64,000 nt of DNA from Octopus sinensis (Eukaryota), in assembly GCF_006345805.1 (NCBI RefSeq), contig NW_021835383.1:6633-70632 (forward strand), read 5' to 3'. Numbering within the stretch: the first letter of the stretch is position 1; the number at the start of each line of letters is the position of its first letter. Both the position numbers and the translations under genes were made by a program. Below are positions 54,171 through 64,000 of this stretch, piece by piece. The notes under the pieces are model-generated. The model saw only the letters and a list, made by a program, of their open reading frames with translations. It was not told the DNA's origin and did no database searches.

Positions 54171-54547
54171 TTACAAGCAGTATCGCCCGGCGTTGCTCGG
54201 GTTTGTAAGGGAAATAACTATAAAGCATTTTTAGAGAGTTATAGCCAAAAAATGGAAAAAAAATGATGGTAAATTTATTTTTGATAGTTAAAAAGGTCGA
54301 GTTGCGTCCCCTAGACCATCTGTGGTTTGTGCTTCTAATTGTCGACCCCATGTCGAATTTATCGATTTTTTTCAGAACTGGGGGAACTTTTCAAAATTTT
54401 CGCTGCGTTAGTTTTGAATTATGACATTGGGCTATGTGTGTGTCAAGTTTCATCAGAATCGATTGAAAGCCGTGGTCAGGTGAGGGTACGAGAAAACAGA
54501 CACACAGAAACACACACAGACAAACTGCCGTTTATATATAGAGAGAT
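54171..54547 (+). mobile_element. DINE-1/HINE-like non-autonomous element
   Basis: 5' hairpin cccggcgttgctcggg; 3' acagacacacag...tttatatatagagagat. Confidence 0.6.
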
Positions 54548-54872
54548 AATGAAAACGAATGTTTACCTAAATTTTTTTTTTCCTCGCAATCAAGTTCCCC
54601 GCTTCTGCGATATTTAGGTGAGAATGGATTTCTTTCGGTATTTGGGTTGTTTTCCTGAAGGGTCTTCTCGCCTGGTGATTTGTGCCGGTTGACTTAAATG
54701 CCTTCTTTTCTTGACTCTGCGATCTTCAAACAACAATGGTTTCCTTTCGATATTTGGGTTAATCTTATATACATTGAAAAGGGTTTAATATTTTCCATGT
54801 GATGACCATTTTCATAAGCTGGTTTCCAATGCCTATAGTTGTCATCACTTCATTCACCAATTTCGTTATATA

Positions 54873-56167
54873 CGAGGGGCGTTCAATAAGTAATGCCCCT
54901 GACCCACTTCCCATAGCAGTAGAGCATTGAAACTTGGCACAGTTATTAGACTTTTTCTACATAGGAACCACCCAGAGATACGCATTTCTCCCATTGTTCG
55001 TTGCGGCTCTGGAGACCGTTTTTGTAGAAGACCCCCAGCTTGGTCCTCCAACTATGACGTTACTTCAGAAATCAAGGCTGCATCATCTGGGAAACGCTTT
55101 CCTTTCAAAAACAACTTCATGGCTGGGAAGAGGTGAAAATCAGAGGGTGCAAGGTCAGGAGAGTAGGGGGATGGGGGAGGAGTTCATAGCCGCGCGCCTG
55201 TGCTTCTGATCTGGCGACAAGCGAGTTGTGGACCGGAGCGTTGTCCTGCAGGAGGAGGATGCCATTGCTGATCTTTTCCCGCCTCTTGATTTTGATAAGC
55301 TTCTCTTAATTTCCTCAAAAGTGAAGCATAATAGGCTCCTGTAATTGTGGTACCCTTTGCCAGGAAATCTGTCATCACTACTCCGTCCTGGCCCCAGAAG
55401 ACTGTGAGTATGACCTTGCCAGCGGAGGGCTGCACCCTTGCCTTCTTTGGAGGAGGTGAGTCACGGTACTTTCACTGCATTGACTGGGCTTTGGTCTATG
55501 GATCATAGTGATGGACCCAGGTTTTATCCTGTGTAATCAGTCTTTTGAAAAAATTTTGACTCATCTTCTTGGCACATCTCCAAATTCATCCTCGAGCACT
55601 CGATGCGTTCTTGCTTCTGGAAAGGTGTGAGCAACCTGGGAATCCATCTGGCAGACACGTTTTGCATATGCAAATGATCATGAATGATAGTTTCCACAGA
55701 CCCGGTACTAATCTTGACCTCATGGGCTATTTGGCGAATAGTTATGCGTCGATCTTCCAAAATGGCAGCCTCAACTTGACGGACAGATGCCTCATCAATG
55801 GCAGAAGGGGGGCGACCAGATATGGGAGCTGTTTCCACAGAGTTTCGACCATGTTTGAATTCACGATGCCAGCGTTTTACAAGGTCATATGATGGGGCAT
55901 CATCACCATAAGTTATTTTCATTTCTTCAAAAGTCTCCCGTGGTGTGCGTCCTTCCAAATACAAAAACCGGATCACTTCTCGACACTCAACAGGCTCCAT
56001 TTCACACTTGACTCAGTTCAAACACCTGTAAATCAGAAACTACAATTAGTTCAGAGTTGTAATTTGCCACTTAATCTATAGAGATATAAATAATTGTACA
56101 TGCAAAATTTCAGCTAGATCAAACAATTGCAAGTGGGTCAGAAGCATTACTTATTGAACGTCCCTCG
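54873..56167 (-). mobile_element. Full-length mariner (DD34D) transposon, 1295 bp, 37-bp TIRs, TA TSD; transposase pseudogenised
   Basis: TIRs cgaggggcgttcaataagtaatgcccctgacccactt / its reverse complement with 3 mismatches. Motifs WIPRLLT, TQDKTWVHHYDP, QDNAPVH, HPPYSPDLAPSDFHLF. Two stops and several frameshifts. Confidence 0.95.
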
Positions 56168-56249
56168 TATATATATATATATATTTATCGGACATCTTCG
56201 TAGTTTAGTTGTATGTCGTTTCACAAATCCTGATACTCTGAAGCTGTTT

Positions 56250-57480
56250 TCCTGAAATTGTTTCTACTTGTCAATTCAGTAGTAGTACTCTTTTCACTTC
56301 TCTATCGTGTAGTCGTATCCTGTTTTACTAAGTTGTTCCATGTTTTTTTTCTACAAATGTTTATTTGTTTAGATCTTATTCATTCCATGATTCTGTAGTT
56401 TTACTTGTGTCTGCCTGTTTATTGCGTCATTTATATCCTGTTTGCAAATGCAGTCGTTCTTGTTTACGTTATGCATCTTTACTTTCTATTTGAAGCCTCT
56501 AAAAGGGTTTTTGATATATTCGTTGGCTTTTCTATTTTCCCAGTGGTTGACTTCACTGTTGTTCATCTATACATATCGTTTTCAGAATCTCTTATCCTGA
56601 AGTTGTTTTCGATAAACAATTTATCCATAAATTGTTTCTCATTGATAAATACAGTTGCCGTTATTTTTCTGCTTCTTTATTCTGTAATTGCATCCTGTTT
56701 ACAAAATAATGTCACATTTGCTGGAATTGTTTATTTGTTTACTGCTTTATCCATCGATTGATTCAGTATTTGTCCTCTACATGCCTGTTGATTACATAAT
56801 TTATATCCTGTTCTTTTAGAAATGTCATTGTCTGCTTCAGAAGTTATTTTCTATCTAGAGTTGCTGAAGATGCTTTTGATGCATTCCTTCGTTGTTCAAT
56901 TTTGAAGTTGGTGTTTTGTCTCCTTAATATATTGTTATTTTGTACCTGATATCACCAGATATGTTTTCGATATATTCTGTGGAGGAATGCATTCTATATC
57001 TGATGTCTCTAAATGAGCATTCTTTTTGTTGATTAATTTTTTTTGCTTCCTCTGTTGGTGCTGGCATTGTTGTGCCTCTACTTCAATATCCGCTGTTCTT
57101 GAGTTATTGGATACTTACCCAGCATTGGGTAAGAATTTATTTTTGTGTCGGTCACGTGACAGAGCCTCGTTTCTGTTGAGCATGCATATTTGTTGTGTAA
57201 TTATCTTATATTTTTTCTATGACATCGAGGCGAACTATTTCTATACGAGGTAACATTAAGAACTACAGTTAAGTTTGTATTCACATTTACAGTTTCTCCC
57301 TACAGTTCTAAATGTAGTTTGATAAAGTCATTGAGTTTGGTTTGTAAATACAGCGTATATTTTATGTCTGGGTTTGATTTTTTACGCTAGTTCCAAATTT
57401 TTTAGTTTTTGTTGTACCACTTGCAATATTTCCAATTTTAGCAGTTTTCCCTGAACTAACAGGGCTTCGATCAGTTTCAA
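56250..57480 (-). mobile_element. Possible old Penelope relic
   Basis: Only a weak YIKETKHQLQN segment resembling the GIY-YIG YIGETxR motif; strong purine skew on the minus strand. Confidence 0.25.
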
Positions 57481-57769
57481 TTTAATTGTATTTAACTGTG
57501 GTTCTCAAGTTTCAAAATATAAGGATGTATATGTCTTAGATAGAGTGTTCAATGACAAATTAACAAAAGTTAACAATTATTAAAGCCCCCCCCCCCCCAA
57601 AAAAAACCCGAGACGCGAATTCAAAATATACTCAATGGAAATGTAAGCTATCGGCAAAGGATTAAACATTCTCCATAGTTTATTAAAAAAGTGAAAAACC
57701 GAAAGACAGTTTCGAACCGAAGATCTGAGTGACTTAAAATTCGAGTAGGCACAAAGAAAAAAAAATATA

Positions 57770-58215
57770 GGCGCAGGAGTGGCTGTGTGGTAAGTAGCTT
57801 GTTTGCCAACCACATGGTTCTGGGTTCAGTCCCACTGCGTGGCACCTTGGGCAAGTGTCTTCTACTATAGCCTCGGGCCGACCAAAGCCTTCTGAGTGGA
57901 TTTGGTAGACGGAAACGGAAAGAAGCCCGTCGTATATATATATAATATATATATATATATAATATATATAGATATATATATATATAATATATGCGTGTGT
58001 GTGTTTGTGTGTCTGTGTTTTGTTCCCCCTAGCATTGCTTGACAACCGATGCTGGTGTGTTTAAGTCCCCGTTACTTAGTGGTTCGGCAAAAGAGACCGA
58101 TAGAATAAGTACAGGGCTTACAAAAAGAATAAGTCCCGGGGTCGAGTTGCTCGATTAAAGGCGGTGCTCCAGCATGGCCGCAGTCAAATGACTGAAACAA
58201 GTAAAAGAGTAAAAG
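57770..58215 (+). mobile_element. SINE family B, near consensus
   Basis: A-box TGGCTGTGTGG, B-box GGTTCAGTCCC, accttgggcaagtgtc, internal (TA)n, 3' module. Confidence 0.92.
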
Positions 58216-58329
58216 TGTAAAAGGGTATATATATATACTTAAATACAAATTCTATTGTATATCAATGTACGGAATAGTCTCTTTCTGTTATGTCGACAAA
58301 CTGTAAAGCTGTAAGATTTGAATTAAAAA

Positions 58330-58652
58330 GGAGCATTCTGTCCTTTACGACGACGAGGGTCCCAGCTGATACAATCAACGGAACAAATTGCTCGTGAGAT
58401 TAACGTGCAAGTGACTGAGCAATCCAAAGACACGTGTATCCCTAACGTAGTTCTCAGGGAGATTCAGCGTGAGACAGAGCGTGACAAGGACGGCTCTTTG
58501 AGATACAGGTACAACTCATTTTTGCCAGCTGAGCGGACTGAAGCAACGGGAAATCAAGTGGCTTGCTCAGGGACACAAGGCGTCGCCGGGAATTGAACTC
58601 ATGACCTTATAATCGTGAGTCGGATGCCCTAACCACTAAGCCACGCGCCTTT
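58330..58652 (-). mobile_element. SINE family C
   Basis: Minus strand aaggcgcgtggcttagtggttagggcatccgac...gagttcaattcccgg; body homologous to 32400-32645. Confidence 0.85.
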
Positions 58653-58789
58653 ACACATTTGAATTATACACACATATAAACACACACACACAGACTCACA
58701 CACACATGAACACACACAGATACACACACATACACCATATAATTATATAGGAATATATATATGCAAATGCGTAATATATATATATCACG

Positions 58790-59057
58790 TGACACGTGAC
58801 CGACCAGACCATCAGATGTTGTTACACATCGCTGGTCACAATGCGTTCGCATTGTTTTAGCCTTTGAATGACGCCACGCCGCTGGCTAAGCGAGCAGGCC
58901 AACAGACGAAAGAGTGAGAGAAAGAGTACAGCAGGGATCACGCCCTCCCCTGCCGGAGCATCGTGGAGCTTTTAGGTGTTTTCGCTCAATAAACACTCAC
59001 AACGCCCGGTCTGGGAATCGAAACCGCGATCCTACGACCGCGATACCGCTGCCCTAA
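58790..59057 (-). mobile_element. SINE with family D head and a different tail
   Basis: ttttcgctcaataaacactcacaacgcccggtctgggaatcgaaaccgcgatcc is shared with 35700-35760. Confidence 0.8.
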
Positions 59058-59079
59058 TATATATGGATTGATGTATACT

Positions 59080-59472
59080 CTTTACTCTTTTACTTGTTTC
59101 AGTCATTTGACTGCGGCCATGCTGGAGCACCGTCTTTAATCGAGCCACTCGACCCCGGGACTTATTCTTTGTAAGCCCAGTACTTATTCTATCGGTCTCA
59201 TTTTGCCGAACCGCTAAGTGACGGGCACATAAACTCACCAGCATCAGTTGTCAAGCAATGCTAGGGGGACAAACACAGACACACACACACACATATATAT
59301 ACATATATACGACGGGCTTCTTTCAGTTTCCGTCTACCAAATCCACTCACAAGTCTTTGGTCGGCCCGAGACTATAGTAGAAGACACTTGCCCAAGGTGC
59401 CCCGCAGTGGTACTGAGCCCGGAACCATGTGGTTGGTAAGCAAGCTACTTACCACACAGCCACTCCTGCGCG
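59080..59472 (-). mobile_element. SINE family B
   Basis: Both modules present. Confidence 0.9.
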
Positions 59473-59762
59473 TATATATGCATGTATATTTGAATATGTG
59501 TGTGTGTGCGTGTGTATTCTTTCATCTGTTATTGCTATACAGTTTTCAATCAACAGACAACAGTCATGACTTAGTATTGTCTTCAGTTGTTTTAAGTCGA
59601 TCACACCATAATGACCCCCATTATTTATGTTAGGTTGGTAGTTAGTCATTATCGTTCTACTTTTAGCCGGTGCTGTGTTAAGTCGCCAATTTGATTCTCC
59701 ATTGGTCTAATTTTAACCGATGTTATTTTTCCGAACATATGATCACATTCGATTCTAAATAA

Positions 59763-60385
<623 letters not shown>

Positions 60386-60540
60386 CCCCAAAATATGTAT
60401 ATATCTTTAAATGCATATATGTATATAATATATATATATATAACGGGAAGCTTTATGAAAATAGACAAAAGACGAAGGCAGGTGGAAAACAAACGAACAA
60501 TTGTATTAGTATGGCGCTCAGGAAATATAAATAAAACAAG

Positions 60541-60578
60541 TCTTTAACGTTTCGAGCCTACGCTCTTCAACAGAAAGA
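60541..60578 (-). ncRNA. Minimal Penelope-type HHR with A6U substitution (probably inactive)
   Basis: TCTTT-CTGTTGA-A-GAGC gtag GCTC-GAAA-CG-TT-AAAGA. Confidence 0.6.
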
Positions 60579-60758
60579 TACACAGAGAGAAAAAACACAG
60601 AAAGGAGAGAAAAAAATGCGTGCAGTAGCTAACGAATCAACATGGCGATCTGATTTCGGCCAGAGGTCAAAGATCAAACATGAGACGCGAGAGCGAAATA
60701 AGGGGAGATAATAGGGTTGATAATAGGGTTGATAATAGGGTTGAAGGACCAGCTAATA

Positions 60759-61095
60759 GTGCGTAGGAGGGGTCTGGACGTGTGTATGTATAGGGTTGGT
60801 GTATGTATTAGTATGTATAAGGGTGTGTGTGTGTGTGTGTGTGTATGAGAGAGTATTAGTGCGTAGGATTGGTCTGGACGTGCGTATGTATGGGGTTGGT
60901 GTATGTATTAGTATGTATTAGTATGTATTAGTACGTATTAGTATGTATAAGTGTGTGTGTGTGTGTGTATGAGAGAGTATAAGTGCGTATGAGGGGTCTG
61001 GACGTGTGTATGTATAGGGTTGGTGTATGTATTAGTATGTATTAGTATGTATTAGTACGTATTAGTATGTATTAGTTGGTGTATGTATTAGTATG
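60759..61095. repeat. Three ~95-120-bp tandem units built on gtatgtatta/(GT)n
   Basis: gtctggacgtg(t/c)gtatgtat(a/g)gggttggtgtatgtattag occurs three times. Confidence 0.85.
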
Positions 61096-61119
61096 GCACA
61101 TCATATGTGATGTGATGTG

Positions 61120-61164
<45 letters not shown>

Positions 61165-61168
<4 letters not shown>

Positions 61169-61477
61169 CATGTATATGTCCTTTTATTTGTATTTGTGTA
61201 AACTTCTGTGTTATTTTTTTCTGTCCTTGTTTTCGTATACATTCGCTGCTTTGTTCCAAGGAACCTAATGCTCTTAGCTTAGTTTTTCCTTGGGTCTGGC
61301 CAGATTGGAGCAATCTCTAATATAACCAGCTGAAATTGCAAAGATAATCTGGTACTTGACTGAGGAGAGAAAACTCCGAATGACCCGTCCTTTTTTCTTT
61401 GTATTGTCTGTCTGGATGCTTTGTTGTCCCATTTTTGTGTCACCTAACTGTGGACGTTTTGCTTTCTTGTCCCATTT

Positions 61478-61480
<3 letters not shown>
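61165..61480 (+). mobile_element. (TA)n-flanked element of the same family as 3661-4533
   Basis: gtatacattcg...ggagcaatctc...gaaattgc...ctggtacttgactgagga...cgaatgacccgtcc. Confidence 0.7.
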
Positions 61481-61511
<31 letters not shown>

Positions 61512-62334
61512 ACTCACAAGGCTTTGGTCGGCCCGAGGCTAGTGTAATGACTGTTGCCCAAGATGGCACACAGTGGGACTGAACCCGGAACCATGTGGTT
61601 TGTAAGCAAGATATTTACCACTCAGCCCCCCAAAATATGTATATATTATATATATATATATATTATATATATATATACACATATACATATGTATGTATAT
61701 ATGTATGTATGAACGTATACCTGCATGCGTACATGCATGTATGTATTTATGTATGTACATATGTATGTAGGTTTTATAAAACATCGCGCAGTTTCCTTTT
61801 CGTATTATACCCAGCAATAGAAATAACTGCTGAAGGATTAGATATGGTGAATATGGGTTGATATTAGGGCTGTAGCAGGCAAGGGAGGCAACTACAAACA
61901 TTTCACTTCCTTAGCCGTTCTCAGTGGAAGTCTAGACATCATTGTTACATGTAGTCTTATAGTAACAAGCTTACTATATGGTAATGTGTATGAAAAATAT
62001 TGAATGTTGCGAGGAAATAAGATTAATTGATAATTTAATTATAAGAGGACATTGACTGCATATTTATATAACGATAATAAAAAAAGAGCGTTATTATTAT
62101 TTTCACTATATTCAAAGCCATTAATAACCACAGTAGGTTATTAATACGAAAATACAGTGATTAGGAAAACATATAAGATTTGACTAATCGTATTTTTTGG
62201 ACGACGATTCCTTGTACCATTAATATTTCCAGCAAACAGACCTATATACTAAGCTAGTTAGTTACTATATAATCAATTGTATACATACTGTGCACTTATT
62301 ATGTATATGTATATGTGTATGAAATATATATATA

Positions 62335-62397
<63 letters not shown>

Positions 62398-62471
62398 TAT
62401 AATATATATATATATATATATATACACATACATACATATATGCATATATAAAATTTACATATATATAGATG

Positions 62472-62511
<40 letters not shown>

Positions 62512-62512
62512 G

Positions 62513-62552
<40 letters not shown>

Positions 62553-62927
62553 GGATATATATATATAGTGTCTGTGTGTATCTGTATGTATGTATATATG
62601 TTCGTAAAGCCGCATAAATGAAAGTTCAAAAAAATCTTTCGTGTTGCATTTATCAAAGTTTGATAAAACTGCATGAAATTCTCTTGCATAATGAGTCGTT
62701 TATGTACATATGCAGCTAAAATAACATCACACAGTCACATACACACGCACACCACACGCACAGCACACACACATTCAAACACTATGCATGTATATTTCTC
62801 GACTTTGTACATCCTTTCACATATATACATGTATTACTTTGTTGTCTGTGAAATATCAACACCTTCGGTGTTTCAAAGTTTTCTTTATAACACACAAACA
62901 CACACGCACACAGACAGACAGACAGAC

Positions 62928-62971
<44 letters not shown>

Positions 62972-63091
62972 TATATATATATAAACATGTGTTCATTTAT
63001 ATAATATGAGGGGTTTAGTTCACTGGTGATCTAAACGAGTAGATACGTTGAGTAAGTGCAATAATCCTAATAACCCTAACCCTAACCCTAA

Positions 63092-64000
63092 GGTTGGCAG
63101 GAGGAGAAGTTGAGGTATGAGTGTGAGTCGGTGTGTTTGTAGTGGATGGAGGTAGTGAAAGTGGAGTGGTGTATGTTGACCGGAATGTCAAGAAAAGCGA
63201 CTGAAGTATTGGAAATGGTACAGGAGAATTCGAGGGCGAGATGGATGTATTGGAGAAAAGAGAGGAAGAAGTTTAGTTGTTTGCGGGAGACGAGGTCGCA
63301 CCGATACAGACATCAATATAACGACCGTATAGTTCGGGAGTGGGACCAGTGAATCTTGAAAATATTAAGGCCTCAACGTAACCAACGAACAGGTTCGCAT
63401 AGTTGGGCCCATTCTCGTCCCCATGGCTACTCCCGAGAAATGTTGATAAAAGCAGTTGAGGGAGAGAACGAAAAGCAGTTGAGGGAGAGAACAAGTTCGG
63501 CCAGACGAAGAAGTGTGGACGTGTCAGGTTGGGGATTGTGTCGAAGGTATAGGAAGTGTTTGAGGGCAACAATTCCTTCGTAGTGTGGGATCACCGTATA
63601 TAGACTCTTGATATCAAGAGTGAAGAGAAGTTTAGAGGGGCCAGGAGGGAAGGAGAAAGAGTTGAAAAGACGAAGAGCATGGTTAATGTCGTGGTTGTGT
63701 GAGGAGAGGGAAGCTACTTGGGTGGTGGGCAAGGACACGGTCGAGGTATTTAGAGATGAGTTCTGTGGGGCAGTTACAGGCGGAGACGATGTGACAACCA
63801 GGGTTGTTGGGTTTGTGTTTTGGGGAAGGAAGTAAATGGTAGAGGTGCGAGAAGTACGGACAATGAGGTTGGAGGCGGTGGGAGGGAGAAGGAGATGCGA
63901 TTATGGATAGTGGATGACACCGTGTTAGTAGCTTGTCATGGGGTTGGAAGGAAGAGGGCAGCAGAAGGAGGTGTCTTGAAGTTGACGGAGTGCTTCGGCC
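63092..64000 (-). mobile_element. Penelope-like RT fragment (different family), running off the window end
   Basis: LPKTHKPNNPGCHIVSACNCPTELISKYLD, LFTLDIKSLYTVIP, GPNYANLFVGYVE, YGRYIDVCIG; scrambled with a 23-bp duplication at ~63451-63493. Confidence 0.85.

Noticed and set aside
56405-56761. 118-aa hydrophobic ORF
   Set aside because: T-rich antisense reading of a probable decayed retroelement; no domain evidence.

Overview
This is an AT-rich eukaryotic non-coding window packed with microsatellites and mobile elements. The repeat make-up suggests a cephalopod (Octopus-like) genome; that is inference, not a database match. No host gene, intact tRNA/rRNA gene or CRISPR array is supported, and almost all short ORFs in the track are translated microsatellites. 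Mobile elements recognised: several Dong/R4-type LINE fragments ending in (TAA)n, Tx1/L1-type LINE 3' fragments, a near-complete decayed Penelope-like element (RT + GIY-YIG) plus further Penelope fragments, two mariner relics, MITEs, DINE/HINE-like elements and four tRNA-derived SINE families. Main discovery: an array of 8 x ~480 bp units at 18311-22422, flanked by (TA)n and with an inverted 5' segment. Every unit carries a type I hammerhead ribozyme (HHR) fold, so the array looks like a non-LTR retrozyme able to yield ~480-nt self-cleaved/circular RNAs. Further HHR motifs occur elsewhere: a head-to-head pair in a 154-bp palindrome, U3-A8 covariant cores at Penelope ends, and decayed relics. 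All RNA folds were derived by eye, and SINE/LINE boundaries are approximate (about +/-10-30 bp).
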